64,000 nt of DNA from a bacterium (lineage in GTDB: Bacteria > UBA8248 > JACPRG01 > G963555815), in contig CBDHDG010000007.1 in the NCBI GenBank assembly GCA_965261595.1, positions 1,184,001-1,248,000 on the forward strand, in the 5' to 3' direction. Shown here piece by piece: positions 21,263 to 31,535 of this stretch. Position 1 is the stretch's first letter, and each line of letters begins with the position of its first letter. Both the position numbers and the translations under genes were made by a program. The notes beneath the pieces were generated by a model, which saw only the letters and a program-made list of their open reading frames with translations, did no database searches and had not been told where the DNA came from.

Positions 21263-22434
21263 GTCCCGGTCCCGCTTTTCAAAAGGTCCCGCCCCGCCCG
21301 GACAACGTCCTCCACCCGCAGCGCGCCTGGAGAAGGGTCTTTGCCCAAACCGGTCAGGATGCGGTGACCTTTCCCCCAAGGCCGCCAGAGCGGGTTGTCG
21401 TTGCGGAGGAGGGCCACCAGCTTGACGCCGACCGCTCCCCCCAGATGCATCAACCCCGTGTCCACGCTCAGGAGAAGGCGGCACCGGCGCATCAGGGAGG
21501 CGGCTTGGAGAACCGTCGTGCATCCGCACAGGTTGAGGGGGCTCGTCCGCATCCGCCCCGCGACGGCCTCCAGCATGGGGCGATCGGATTCCGCTCCCAA
21601 CAGAAGCCCCCTTCCGCCGGCCGACTCGATGATGGCGTCCGCGGCCTCCGCGAACTTCCGGGCCGGCCACTCGCCTTCCGGATTGGCCGACGCGGGGGCC
21701 AGACCCACGAGCCTTCCGGAAGACCTGGACTCTCCGGCGCGCTCTTCGGCGAATGTCTCCTCTTCCGGATCGGCCGTGATGGCCGGCGGCGGATGGCCCG
21801 GCTCCAAGCCCACCTGTCTCAACAGATCCAGGTGGTAATCGGCCATCGGCATGGCGGCTTCGGCGAACCGCCGGTCCGCGACGGGATGGGTCAGGAACGC
21901 ATCGAACCCGCTGGAGTACCCGATGCGGAGCGCGGACCCGACCGATGCCGCCAAGCGCGCAGAGGCGTAATTGCCCAACAGGTCGAACACGACGTGAAAG
22001 TTTTCCCGGCGAAGCCGGTCGCGCAGGGCCCGCCGCTCATCCGGACCTTTTTTCGCCCCGCGCTTGTCGTCTTTGGAGATCCAGTCGTCCTCGTAACGGA
22101 TGACGCGCGAGACGGCCGGATGGCGGCCCAGGACACAGGAAGTCTCTCCGCCGGCCAGGACCGATATCGAAGACCCCGGATAAAGCCTCTCCAGCGCCGA
22201 GAGGAACGGCGTCACCGTCACCGTATCTCCCAAGCCGGGCGGGTAGGCGATGACGAGAATCCTGGGGGATTTCTCCGCCTTCAGCGTTCGCGGGCTCAGC
22301 GCCCGATCGCGGGATCGGGGCGATGTCCCGCTCACCCACGGCGCCTGAACCCTGGCCAGCCACCGTTTGGCCTCCGTCCGCAGATCCATCTTGCCCGTGA
22401 CCGTCCCGTGAAGGGTTTCAAACTTTCTTATCAT
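21259..22434 (-). CDS. Glycosyltransferase family 9
   Basis: GLGDTV, SVDTGLMHL, W.PWG. Confidence 0.85.
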   Translation of the reverse strand: MIRKFETLHGTVTGKMDLRTEAKRWLARVQAPWVSGTSPRSRDRALSPRTLKAEKSPRILVIAYPPGLGDTVTVTPFLSALERLYPGSSISVLAGGETSCVLGRHPAVSRVIRYEDDWISKDDKRGAKKGPDERRALRDRLRRENFHVVFDLLGNYASARLAASVGSALRIGYSSGFDAFLTHPVADRRFAEAAMPMADYHLDLLRQVGLEPGHPPPAITADPEEETFAEERAGESRSSGRLVGLAPASANPEGEWPARKFAEAADAIIESAGGRGLLLGAESDRPMLEAVAGRMRTSPLNLCGCTTVLQAASLMRRCRLLLSVDTGLMHLGGAVGVKLVALLRNDNPLWRPWGKGHRILTGLGKDPSPGALRVEDVVRAGRDLLKSGTGT

Positions 22435-22517
22435 GAAGAATCACGTCCGGCCTGAAACACCGAGTGAATTGGACGCGATCCATCTTGATCCGCGAAAGGG
22501 GGGGCCTCGCCTCCCGC

Positions 22518-22760
22518 TCAAGAGTCCCGGGCGCACCGGAACGCCACCGTAGAATCCTGCCGAAGGGACTGATCGCGCCACCTTCGCGCGCCCGGATTCA
22601 AATAATTCGCGAGAGACATCCAAGAGCCGCCCTTCAGTGGCTTCATCCGCGGCGGGACCCGGCGTTTGCTCTTCAACATAGGATGGGGCAGGCGCCTGTC
22701 CACCCATTCCCAAACGTTTCCGAGCAGGTCGTGGACCCCATAAGGGCTGACTTGGATATC
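22518..22760 (-). pseudogene. C-terminal remnant of an FGE-sulfatase/C-type lectin domain
   Basis: The frame reads SPYGVHDLLGNVWEWV...KGGSW...TVAFRCARDS*; an in-frame stop lies just upstream and the N-terminal part is missing. Confidence 0.8.
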
Positions 22761-22818
22761 TCACAAAGGCAAACGCCCGGACAAAATAAGTGAAGTGTGA
22801 CGGGCCGGGACGGCCGGC

Positions 22819-24360
22819 TCAAGACCGGCCCAACAACGAAGAGCGCGGCGCCCCCGCAGAGGCGGATTCCCGGGACCGCATGTCCATCGTCACGCCGATC
22901 GCCGTTAACGCCCAGAAGATGATGACGATCTTGGAGTACGCGAAGAGCTCATCGGTAAACGCCTGAACGAAAAACCCCACCAGCGCCGCCGCCAGGGCCA
23001 GGCGGAGGGAGCGCTGGTACACAGGCGCGAAAATGTCCGGCTGCCCGGGCGCCGGCCGCTCCTCCGGCGGAGGGGATCTCAGTGAATGCCAACGCGTCGC
23101 CATCACCCATCCGATAAGACCCAGAAACGTCAGGAGACTCGCGAGGCCCCCTTCAATCATCAGGCGCAAAAACCAGTTGTGAGAGGAAACGCTTCGCGGA
23201 AACGCCCGCCATTGGGCCAGGGTTCCGACCAGCCGCTCCCGCCCGTACACCAACTCATAATCCGGAAAGACCCGGGTGAATGAGCCCAACCCGTGGCCGA
23301 AGAAGGGACGCTCCACGAAGACATGCCGCGAGACGCGCAGGATATGCGTCCTTGGTAACACGGAGCGGTCCAGACCGACCGGGTCTCTCGACTGGACCAC
23401 CCACAAGATCGCCACCACCCCCACCGCCGCCGCGAACGGACCGATGATCCGCCAGGAGCGTCTCCCGGTCCACCAGCAGCCGATCAAGGCGGCCACGGCC
23501 AACCCCAGCACCCCGCCGATGCTCTTGGCGACGAACACGGAGCCGCATTGCACCACCAACATGGCGACGAAGAACCACCGCCAACGGCCGCGGGTCTCCC
23601 ACACGGCCCAAGCCGTGAATGGGATGGAGAGGATCTGAAACGCCGAATAGAAATTCGGATGCCCGATGGTCGACCCGAATTCCGTGGCCCACTTGCCCGT
23701 ATCCGGATAGGTCAGGGAGAGGACGTCCCTGCCGAGAAAGATGTGGCTGACGCGCTCGGCCATCCCCAACAACGCGACGGCCCAGCCCGACGCCACGATC
23801 ACTTGAATCGCCGATCGCATCGCTCTCCGGTCTCTCAGCACGTCCAGGCAGACCACGAAGAAGAGGATGTAGGTGAGCTGCTCGGTCAGATACCAGAGTT
23901 GATCGCCCAGGCGATTTCGGGTGGTGAGGACGGTCACGCCTTGGACCACCAGCCAGATCCACCACAGGGAGAGAATGGGGTCCCGGGGGAATTTCCACTG
24001 CCTCAGGGAAATCCGCCTCAGGGCCCATCCGCCGATAAGGACCACCAACATCAACTTGTCGAAAGACAGCGTTTTCTCCGCCAGCCCCAGCTCGAAATGG
24101 ACGTTGACGAGCGGCAGGGAGAACAGCGCCAATGGGAGCGCCGCCTCAGGCCGCCATAAGATGAACCCCAGACACAAGACCACCGGCAGCGTGAACAGGA
24201 AAGCCGGCGCGAAGGGCTGGTTGAAGAGCCAAGGCGACCAGAGGGCGACAGCGAGGGACATGCCCAGGGTGAGGAGGAGCGGACCCCTCGGGGGCGCCCG
24301 CCGGATGGAGCGGGGGGGGGAGGGGGGGGGGAACTCGCCGTTCCTCAGGGATGCGGACAT
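22819..24360 (-). CDS. O-antigen ligase/Wzy-like membrane protein
   Basis: Many TM helices; STIGHPN, PFFGHGLGSF and SHNWFL motifs. Confidence 0.85.
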   Translation of the reverse strand: MSASLRNGEFPPPSPPRSIRRAPPRGPLLLTLGMSLAVALWSPWLFNQPFAPAFLFTLPVVLCLGFILWRPEAALPLALFSLPLVNVHFELGLAEKTLSFDKLMLVVLIGGWALRRISLRQWKFPRDPILSLWWIWLVVQGVTVLTTRNRLGDQLWYLTEQLTYILFFVVCLDVLRDRRAMRSAIQVIVASGWAVALLGMAERVSHIFLGRDVLSLTYPDTGKWATEFGSTIGHPNFYSAFQILSIPFTAWAVWETRGRWRWFFVAMLVVQCGSVFVAKSIGGVLGLAVAALIGCWWTGRRSWRIIGPFAAAVGVVAILWVVQSRDPVGLDRSVLPRTHILRVSRHVFVERPFFGHGLGSFTRVFPDYELVYGRERLVGTLAQWRAFPRSVSSHNWFLRLMIEGGLASLLTFLGLIGWVMATRWHSLRSPPPEERPAPGQPDIFAPVYQRSLRLALAAALVGFFVQAFTDELFAYSKIVIIFWALTAIGVTMDMRSRESASAGAPRSSLLGRS

Positions 24361-24408
24361 CTAGGGTAGTGTCTCCAAAATACATTGACACTTCACAAAT
24401 GGCAGAGA

Positions 24409-24488
24409 CGGCGGGCAGGATGCCCGACCTACCTGGTTTGAAAACACCGGATTTCCACCGTTCGGTAGGGCGGGCATCTTGCCCGGCC
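24409..24488. repeat. Inverted REP doublet (REPIN-like)
   Basis: GGCGGGCAGGATGCCCGACCTACC ... GGTAGGGCGGGCATCTTGCCCGGC, same family as the RAYT-flanking REPs. Confidence 0.85.
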
Positions 24489-24554
24489 TGAAAGGGACTA
24501 CTCGGGTCTCGATATGTAAAACCATTTACGAGACGCTACACTAGGGATTCTTCA

Positions 24555-26390
24555 TCAGGGACCGGGCTGAAGGATGCTCGAGAGTCTCTGAAAAGGCACA
24601 CCGGCATCTTTGCAGAATCGAAGGAAGTCTTCGAGAAGATCCGGCCCGGCCGAAGGGATGGCGACCAGGACCTCATCGATCCGGCGGCGCCGGACCTCCC
24701 GGACGATGACCTCGCGCGGGCCGAGGATCGGAACGCTGGCGATTTCCCGGCCGACCTTGTCCGGATCGTCATCGAGAAAACCGACCGGCAGGTAATCCAG
24801 CCTCGGGTTGTTCCTCAGCTCCCGCAGGAGCATTTCCCCGGCGTCTCCGGCCCCCATGATGAGGATCCGTCTTCCGCCCGGCCGGATACGGGAGGAGTAC
24901 TCCCTCAGGCCCCGGAAAAGGAGCCGGATCCCCGCCACCAGGACAAGCAGCAACCCCCAGTCGATGATGAACACCGCGCGGGAATGCCCTTGAAAACGGC
25001 TCAGATAGATAAAAACAATGATGCTGATGACCGACCCCAGCGTGACGGCCTTGGCGATGGCGGCGAGGTCCTCCACGCTGACGTACCGCCAAACGTTGCG
25101 GTAAAGCCCGAAGTAAAAGAAGGCCCCCAGCTTGATCGCGATCACCACGGGAAGGGATTCGACGAACAGGTCCATGTACCAGTCCGCGGCGATCCCCTCG
25201 AAGCGAAGACGGTACGCCAGGAAATAGGCGACGTAGATCAGACAGAAGTCGATCAGGACTTCCAGGAATGGCCGTTTATACAAGAGCAGGGTGTTCAAGA
25301 GCACCGGGCCGGACGCGCTCCCGGCGGCGGGCCGGGCCCTGCCGTTTCCGGCCTCGGGCGCCGACCCTTCGGGATCGACCTTCACCTCGCTCAGGAACCG
25401 GCCGATCACGACGATGAGAATCGCCGTCAGGACGGTCAGGATGATCACCAGCGAGAGATCGACCCGGGCGTAGAAGAAAGTCACCAGGCCGAAGAAGATG
25501 CTGAACGCGTAGACCAGGAGGACCGCCTTGCGCTCGCTGAGGCCCAGGGTCACCAACCGGTGCGAGGTGTGGTCCCGCCCCCCCTGGGAAATGGCCTGTC
25601 CGCGCAGCCGCCTCAGAAGCGCCACGAAGGCCGTGTCGAAGATGGGAACGCCCAACACCATGGTCGGAACGATCAGGGTGGCGACCAGGTTGGAGACATG
25701 GTTGGCCGTTCCGATGATGGCGAGCACCGAAATGAGGTATCCGATGAACATGCTGCCGGAATCGCCCATGAAGATGCGCGCGGGATTGAAGTTGTAAAAC
25801 AGGAACCCCAGCGCCCCGCCCGCCAGGGCCAGACAGACCAGCGCGATGAAGACCTCGCCGCTCAAGACAGAGTAGGCGAACAGCGTCCCGGAGGCGATGA
25901 CCGCGATGCCGGCGGAAAGCCCGTCCATGTTGTCGATGAGATTGAAGGCGTTGGTGATCCCGACGATCCAGAAGATGGTGAGCGGGATCGAGATGGCCTT
26001 GGGGATGAATTCGAAATAGATCCCCGAGTAAACGGCCGTGCAGGCGCCGATGATCTGGGCCAGCAGCTTCGCGTAGGGCGGGGCCTTGCGGATGTCATCG
26101 ATCAATCCCACCAAGAACATGAAGCTGCCGCCCACCAGGATGCCCAGCAGGCTCTTGTCGTTTTCAATCGGGACGAAATAGAGAAACGTCGCCATCACGG
26201 AGACGAAGATGGCGACCCCGCCGAAGAGCGCGGTCGTTCGGCGGGACCAACGGTCGGGGTGCGGGCGGGCCACCCACCCGTAACGGTTGGACACCCACCG
26301 CACGGCGGGGGTCGCAATCAAACCGAGAATCAAGGCCGCCAGGAACGGCTGGAGGTAAAACCACATCGGAAACGGTTGTTCCTTTACCAA
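24555..26390 (-). CDS. WecA/MraY-family polyprenyl-phosphate sugar-1-phosphate transferase fused to a CapD-like N-terminal/Rossmann domain
   Basis: NAFNLIDNMDGL, IFMGDSGS, RDHTSHRL; C-terminal GLYRNVWRY, GAGDAG, GFLDDD. Confidence 0.88.
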   Translation of the reverse strand: MVKEQPFPMWFYLQPFLAALILGLIATPAVRWVSNRYGWVARPHPDRWSRRTTALFGGVAIFVSVMATFLYFVPIENDKSLLGILVGGSFMFLVGLIDDIRKAPPYAKLLAQIIGACTAVYSGIYFEFIPKAISIPLTIFWIVGITNAFNLIDNMDGLSAGIAVIASGTLFAYSVLSGEVFIALVCLALAGGALGFLFYNFNPARIFMGDSGSMFIGYLISVLAIIGTANHVSNLVATLIVPTMVLGVPIFDTAFVALLRRLRGQAISQGGRDHTSHRLVTLGLSERKAVLLVYAFSIFFGLVTFFYARVDLSLVIILTVLTAILIVVIGRFLSEVKVDPEGSAPEAGNGRARPAAGSASGPVLLNTLLLYKRPFLEVLIDFCLIYVAYFLAYRLRFEGIAADWYMDLFVESLPVVIAIKLGAFFYFGLYRNVWRYVSVEDLAAIAKAVTLGSVISIIVFIYLSRFQGHSRAVFIIDWGLLLVLVAGIRLLFRGLREYSSRIRPGGRRILIMGAGDAGEMLLRELRNNPRLDYLPVGFLDDDPDKVGREIASVPILGPREVIVREVRRRRIDEVLVAIPSAGPDLLEDFLRFCKDAGVPFQRLSSILQPGP

Positions 26391-26479
26391 CGCTCAGGCC
26401 GAAAGGACGGACATCCGGGCGGACGCCCCTCGGACTTCATCTCATGAGAGCGGGTTTCCGGTGGCGCCGGGCGCCCGCA

Positions 26480-28429
26480 TCAGGCCGCCACGGACTCCGG
26501 ACGGGGCTTTCCCCGGCCCTCCAACACGTGTCGGTGCCAGAGCTCCAGCACCAGCAGGTTCCAGATGAGAAAGGCGTGATCCGCCCGCCCGCGCGCGTGC
26601 TCGTCCATCATGGAGGTTACGGCATCCTCCCGGAAGTACCCCCTTCGAAGGGCCGAGGGGTCCAGGAGAATCTCCCGGGCGTACTCGCGCAGCTCCCCCC
26701 GGAACCACCGGGCCAGGGGAACGCCGAATCCCATCTTGCCGCGGCCCAGGATACGGTCCGGAATGATTCCGGCATACGCCCGCTTCAGGATGTATTTCGT
26801 CTTCCCGCGGCGGATCTTCATCCGGGTCGGGATTGAAGCCGCCATCTCGACGAACTTGTGGTCCAGGAAAGGGGATCGGGCCTCCAGGCTGTGGGCCATG
26901 GTCATGATGTCCATCTTCACCAGCAGATCGCCGGGCAGATAGCTTTCCAGATCGAGCGCCATCACGCGCTCGACCGGGTCGTGTATCCCCATGCCGTCCC
27001 GCACCCGGAGGAAGGTCTCGAGGAGCGGATGCTCCGGCGCGCCGTTGAGCGAATCCCGCAATCCGTCGGACAGCAGGTGATGCCGCATATCCTTTTGAAG
27101 AACGGACACCCACCGGAAGTAGCGCTCCTGCGGCGTCAGGAGCAGGGTGTCGGAGAACCGCCGGAGCCGGCGGCGGATTCCCTTTTCGTGCAGGGGGTTG
27201 CCGAGCGCGCCCCGGAGCGTCGCGCGGATCCCCCGCCGCAGGGCCGCCGGAAGCCGGTCGAGGCGGACGCCGAGTCCCGTGGCGACGTAGCGCTCATACC
27301 CCCCGAAGGTCTCATCCCCCGCGTCGCCGTTGAGGGCCACCGTCACGTGCCGCCGGGTCATCTCCGCCAGATAGAACGTCGGCAGGGCCGAGGAGTCCCC
27401 GAAGGGCTCCCCGAAGTGCCGGACCAGACGCGGCAGGATCTCCACGGCGTTGGGCTTCACGATGAATTCGTTGTGATCCGTCCCGAACTTTTCGGCGACG
27501 GTCCGGGCGTGTTCCAGCTCGTTGAAGATTTTCACATCGAAGCCGATGGAGAACGTCTTGACCGGCGTATCCATCAGGCCGGCCATGGCGGCGACCACCA
27601 CGCTGGAATCGATCCCGCCGCTGAGCAAAGCCCCCAACGGGACGTCGCTCACCAGGCGGAGCCGGGTGCATCCCTCGACCCGCTCACGGATGCCCTCGAT
27701 GTACTCCTGCTCGGCGGCGATCCACTTGGGCTCCCGATCCACCGACCAGTACCGCTCGATGCGGCTCTTCCCCTTCTCCCAGACCAGCAAGTGGGCGGGG
27801 GGAAGCTTGCGGATCCCGCGGAAGATCGACGCCGGCGCGGGGATGTAGGAAACCGCGAGAAAATCCACCAAGGCGCCGCGGTCCAGCTCCCGGTCCAGCG
27901 CGGGGTCTTCCAGCAGGGCGGTCAGCTCGGAGGCGAAGCGGAAGACGCCGATCGATTCCGAATAGAACAGGGGCTTTTGGCCGAGGCGATCCCTCGCGAG
28001 GACCAGACGCTGATCGGGCTCATCCCAGATCGCGACGGCGAACATCCCCCGCAGATGGTCCACGAACGACTCGCCGTGCTCCTCGTACAGGTGAACGATG
28101 ACCTCGGTGTCGGTGCGGGAGCGAAAGCGGTGCCCCTTGGCTTCCAGGGCCGGGCGCAGCTCGTGGAAGTTGTAGATCTCGCCGTTCAGCAGGACCCAGA
28201 TCGTCCCGTCCTCGTTGGACATGGGTTGCGCGCCGGCCTCGCTGAGATCGATGATGCTGAGGCGCCTGTGTCCCAACCCGATGGACCGGTCCCGATAATG
28301 CCGGACGAGGACCCCCTCGCCGTCCGGCCCGCGGTGGACCATCCGTCCGCTCATGGCCCGCAGGAGAGGCTCGGTGACCCCCGCTTCCGCGCCCTCGCCC
28401 TCAACCAGTTTTCCGCAAATCCCGCACAT
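26480..28429 (-). CDS. asnB: Asparagine synthase (glutamine-hydrolysing)-family amidotransferase
   Basis: MCGICG, HRGPDG, NGEIYN, LSGGIDSS, SLEARSPFLD; probably amidates the polysaccharide given its position. Confidence 0.92.
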   Translation of the reverse strand: MCGICGKLVEGEGAEAGVTEPLLRAMSGRMVHRGPDGEGVLVRHYRDRSIGLGHRRLSIIDLSEAGAQPMSNEDGTIWVLLNGEIYNFHELRPALEAKGHRFRSRTDTEVIVHLYEEHGESFVDHLRGMFAVAIWDEPDQRLVLARDRLGQKPLFYSESIGVFRFASELTALLEDPALDRELDRGALVDFLAVSYIPAPASIFRGIRKLPPAHLLVWEKGKSRIERYWSVDREPKWIAAEQEYIEGIRERVEGCTRLRLVSDVPLGALLSGGIDSSVVVAAMAGLMDTPVKTFSIGFDVKIFNELEHARTVAEKFGTDHNEFIVKPNAVEILPRLVRHFGEPFGDSSALPTFYLAEMTRRHVTVALNGDAGDETFGGYERYVATGLGVRLDRLPAALRRGIRATLRGALGNPLHEKGIRRRLRRFSDTLLLTPQERYFRWVSVLQKDMRHHLLSDGLRDSLNGAPEHPLLETFLRVRDGMGIHDPVERVMALDLESYLPGDLLVKMDIMTMAHSLEARSPFLDHKFVEMAASIPTRMKIRRGKTKYILKRAYAGIIPDRILGRGKMGFGVPLARWFRGELREYAREILLDPSALRRGYFREDAVTSMMDEHARGRADHAFLIWNLLVLELWHRHVLEGRGKPRPESVAA

Positions 28430-28626
28430 CTTAGCCGGACCTTTCCATTCAGCGTCAAGGCACACAAATTCAGTCTATTACACTACTCCCTTCACCCCGG
28501 AGAGACAAGAGATCAGAAAGTGGATGGAAGCGCAAGATTCAAAAGCGGTGGGGTTTCAGCCCCCCTCCCCCCTCCTCCCCCCCGGCCCGCGAACGGAGGA
28601 CGCCCCACGGAACATCTTCGGCCGCC

Positions 28627-29631
28627 TCAGACCCGCGCCGCGACCTCGAGGGCCCGCAGGCGGTCTTCGGGCGCGCCCTGAAGCGCGAGAACCCCGTAAT
28701 CGAGACCGGCGTCGCCGAACTCGCCCAGGCGCTCCGCGAACTCCGCCTCATCCCCCACGACCGAGTGGGCCCGGACCACGTCGTCGTCGATCATCGCCTC
28801 GGCCCGGTCCCAATCCGCCCGGGACACCGCGTCGGCAAGGGCCTGCCGGTCCAGGGAGGTTCCGGCCAGCTCGCGGTTGCGGTCATGGTGTTCGCCCCGA
28901 AGGATGAACGCCAAGGCCCGGCGGACGGCCGCATAGGCCGCGTTCCGGTCCGATGACAGCGAAGCCACGATGACCGACGCGATGGCTCGTCCTTGCGGAT
29001 TTCTTCCGGCCTTCCCGCCGTCTTCCCTCCCCTCCCCCTCCCCCCCGGTCACAATCCCCTTTCCCCACTTGATGTAAGCCGGAGAGCAGCCGCCTGAGAA
29101 CAGGGCGCCGTCGGCGTGTCTTCCGGCCAGCCGCAGCATGTTCGGCCCGACGGCCGCCAGGTGCAGGGGAACCGGAGAGGCCGGGGGGGGGGGGAAGTCG
29201 AGCCGCCGATCCTCCATCCGGAAGACCTCTCCCTCGTGCGCGAGGGAGTCCCCCGCCAATGCCTTCCGGACGATGGACAGGGCCTCCTTCATGGTCCGGA
29301 GGGGCCGCGCCGGCTCGACGCCGATGGCCCGCAGGTCGTCCGGCTGTCCCGTCCCCAGGACAACGCGGACCCGGCCGGGCGCAAACTCCGCCAGGGTCGC
29401 CAGGGACATGGCGATCATCGCCGGGTTCCGGACGTAGGGACTCACCGCCGTCGGGACGACGGCGATCCTCCGGGTTTCGCCGAGAAAGGCCATGGCCGGT
29501 CCGAAGGCGTCCCGGAAGGGGATGTGCTCGGCGATCCAGACGGAATCGAGGCCGAGATCATCGGCCCGGCGGACGAAATCCATGATTCCCGGCAGCGGGG
29601 AGAAGCCGTCGTACATCACGCCGACGCGCAT
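28627..29631 (-). CDS. Luciferase-like monooxygenase (LLM) family oxidoreductase
   Basis: DSVWIAEH, RNPAMIAMSLATL, LAAVGPNMLRLAG..ADG. Confidence 0.88.
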   Translation of the reverse strand: MRVGVMYDGFSPLPGIMDFVRRADDLGLDSVWIAEHIPFRDAFGPAMAFLGETRRIAVVPTAVSPYVRNPAMIAMSLATLAEFAPGRVRVVLGTGQPDDLRAIGVEPARPLRTMKEALSIVRKALAGDSLAHEGEVFRMEDRRLDFPPPPASPVPLHLAAVGPNMLRLAGRHADGALFSGGCSPAYIKWGKGIVTGGEGEGREDGGKAGRNPQGRAIASVIVASLSSDRNAAYAAVRRALAFILRGEHHDRNRELAGTSLDRQALADAVSRADWDRAEAMIDDDVVRAHSVVGDEAEFAERLGEFGDAGLDYGVLALQGAPEDRLRALEVAARV

Positions 29632-29756
29632 GGGATATCCTTCCTTCGGGGTCTCCGGGAGCGCCGGGACAAGCGCGTCACCGGCCGGCGGCGATCGACG
29701 GGACGGCGGCGGCGGATGCGTCCGTTATCCGGGTCCGGGGCCCGGCGCTCGATCCG

Positions 29757-30179
29757 TCAGTGCGCCGGATCCGCCCGCGGCTCGTGGTCCTCGCCCGTTT
29801 CGGCCATGCGACGGAACTCATTTTCATGCCCGGGGGGGGAGAAACACCAGGTCAGGCTCAGGGGCTCGTCGCCCGTATTCACGATCCCGTGCCACACCCC
29901 GATGGGGAAATAAACGGACGAGCCGGGCGTGATCTCGTATTCCTCATTCTCGATGACGCATTTGCCTTTGCCCTGCCAGAAGAAAAGGATTTCTTCTTCT
30001 TTGTCGTGCACGTGATAAGGGATCTCGCTGCCTACGTCCACGTCCTGAACGCCGAACGACAGACGCTCGGACCCCACGCCGTCCGGGCTGATGACGATCC
30101 CCCAGCCCCGGGGGGCCGTTCCGCTCATCCGAAGGGGCTCCGCTTCGCCGGGACGGAAAAAGAGCTTCTTCTGATTCAT
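29757..30179 (-). CDS. Cupin domain protein
   Basis: HVHDKEEE and PIGVWHGIVN cupin motifs. Confidence 0.85.
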   Translation of the reverse strand: MNQKKLFFRPGEAEPLRMSGTAPRGWGIVISPDGVGSERLSFGVQDVDVGSEIPYHVHDKEEEILFFWQGKGKCVIENEEYEITPGSSVYFPIGVWHGIVNTGDEPLSLTWCFSPPGHENEFRRMAETGEDHEPRADPAH

Positions 30180-30442
30180 GGCCGCACGCTCCTCTTGCAG
30201 ATGTTCGAATCCCCCCTTATCAACAGGCCCCTCATTGTAAGTCATCATTGTACGTCATCGGCTTCTTGTCAGGATGAACGGGCCTCGCCTCCCGGCCCGC
30301 CGGGTGAGGGGTTGACGCGGGGGCGCTGATTCGCGGAACAAACAGCCGGAGATGGACCACTAAATAGATGTCCGCTGTTCTCAAATGTGGTACGATTTTT
30401 GAAGTCTTTTTATTTCCTGAAATTCCTGAAGGGGACAGACTC

Positions 30443-31417
30443 ATGGGCCGTTTCGGGACCCGGCGCCGTCGGGCGCTCCGGGTGTTATGTGCGGTTGCGG
30501 TTCTTCTCGTGCCTTCGGCCCTTTTCGGGCAGACGCCGGATTGGGTCAAGAAGGGACGCGAGAAAGATGTCACAAGCTCCGACATCAATTGGTACGACGC
30601 CTATGCTTATCGCGGCGAAGACGAGACCGATACGCAGGTTTGGGAGAAGGCGAAGACCAAGGCGCTGAGAATGGCCGCCGAGAGGACTCAGGTCTTCGTC
30701 GAAAGCAGCACCGATCTGAAAAACGAGCTGGTTAAGAAATCGGAGGTCAAGACCTCGACGGGCCTGATCGGGATGCGCATCCTCAAGCGTAAAGACTGCG
30801 CGTACGACGACCCCAATCGGCCCCGCAGAACCCACTGCCGATATCAGATCGAGGTCTACTTCGTCTCGAAGCCCAAGCGGCGGGTGCAGGACTTGAATGA
30901 CCCCTCCGCCCAACTGACGGTCCGCTTCTCCTCGGACAAGCGGGTCTACCGCAAGGGCGAAGAGATCGTCCTTCGCGTCGTGGCCAACAAGCCGGCGTAC
31001 GTCCGGATCATCACCATCAACCCGAAGGGGCAAGTGATCCAGTTGTTCCCCAACCAGTACCGAAAGGACAATTTCCTCCGGGAGGGGAGAAAGGAATACC
31101 GACTCCCCGACGAACAATATGACCGGTACCGGCTTCAGGTGACCCATCCTCCGTACGGCCGTGAGCGGTTTGTCTTGTACGCGAGCACGGAAAAGCTTCC
31201 CGATATCTCGCTCGACCGTCTCGCCCAAGGCCTCGGGCGCTACGGCGGAACGCGGGGCGAGCTGGACATCAAGACACGGGACGTCGGGGTTGTCCCCGCA
31301 CCCGCCCCCACGGCGCCGCGCCCGGGAGCGGGGGAGGGACCGGGGGGAGAGGGGGGACCGGCCGGCGGACCGGCGGAGTTTTTCGAATCGGAGATCCAAG
31401 TCGAGACGCGCCCTTGA
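30443..31417 (+). CDS. Secreted DUF4384-domain protein
   Basis: Signal peptide; DKRVYRKGEEIVLRVVANKPAYVRII...G.VIQLFPN...PPYG.E..LYAS pattern. Confidence 0.75.
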   Translation: MGRFGTRRRRALRVLCAVAVLLVPSALFGQTPDWVKKGREKDVTSSDINWYDAYAYRGEDETDTQVWEKAKTKALRMAAERTQVFVESSTDLKNELVKKSEVKTSTGLIGMRILKRKDCAYDDPNRPRRTHCRYQIEVYFVSKPKRRVQDLNDPSAQLTVRFSSDKRVYRKGEEIVLRVVANKPAYVRIITINPKGQVIQLFPNQYRKDNFLREGRKEYRLPDEQYDRYRLQVTHPPYGRERFVLYASTEKLPDISLDRLAQGLGRYGGTRGELDIKTRDVGVVPAPAPTAPRPGAGEGPGGEGGPAGGPAEFFESEIQVETRP

Positions 31418-31475
31418 TGATATCCGTGGAATATTTTCGGGCTTGATTTGTTCTTCGCGCTGCGTAGTTTTGGGC

Positions 31476-31504
31476 TTGACGAATAATCCCCCATGCCCTA
31501 TATT
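31476..31504 (+). promoter_or_regulatory. sigma70-like promoter of the IS1595 transposase
   Basis: TTGACG-17 bp-TATATT just inside the left IR, upstream of a GGGGGA RBS and the ATG at 31536. Confidence 0.6.
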
Positions 31505-31535
31505 ATAAGTATCAGATCACAAAGGGGGATACAAA

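Noticed and set aside
22518..22760. Candidate template repeat for the DGR
   Set aside because: No adenine-rich codons and no nucleotide match to the VR scaffold
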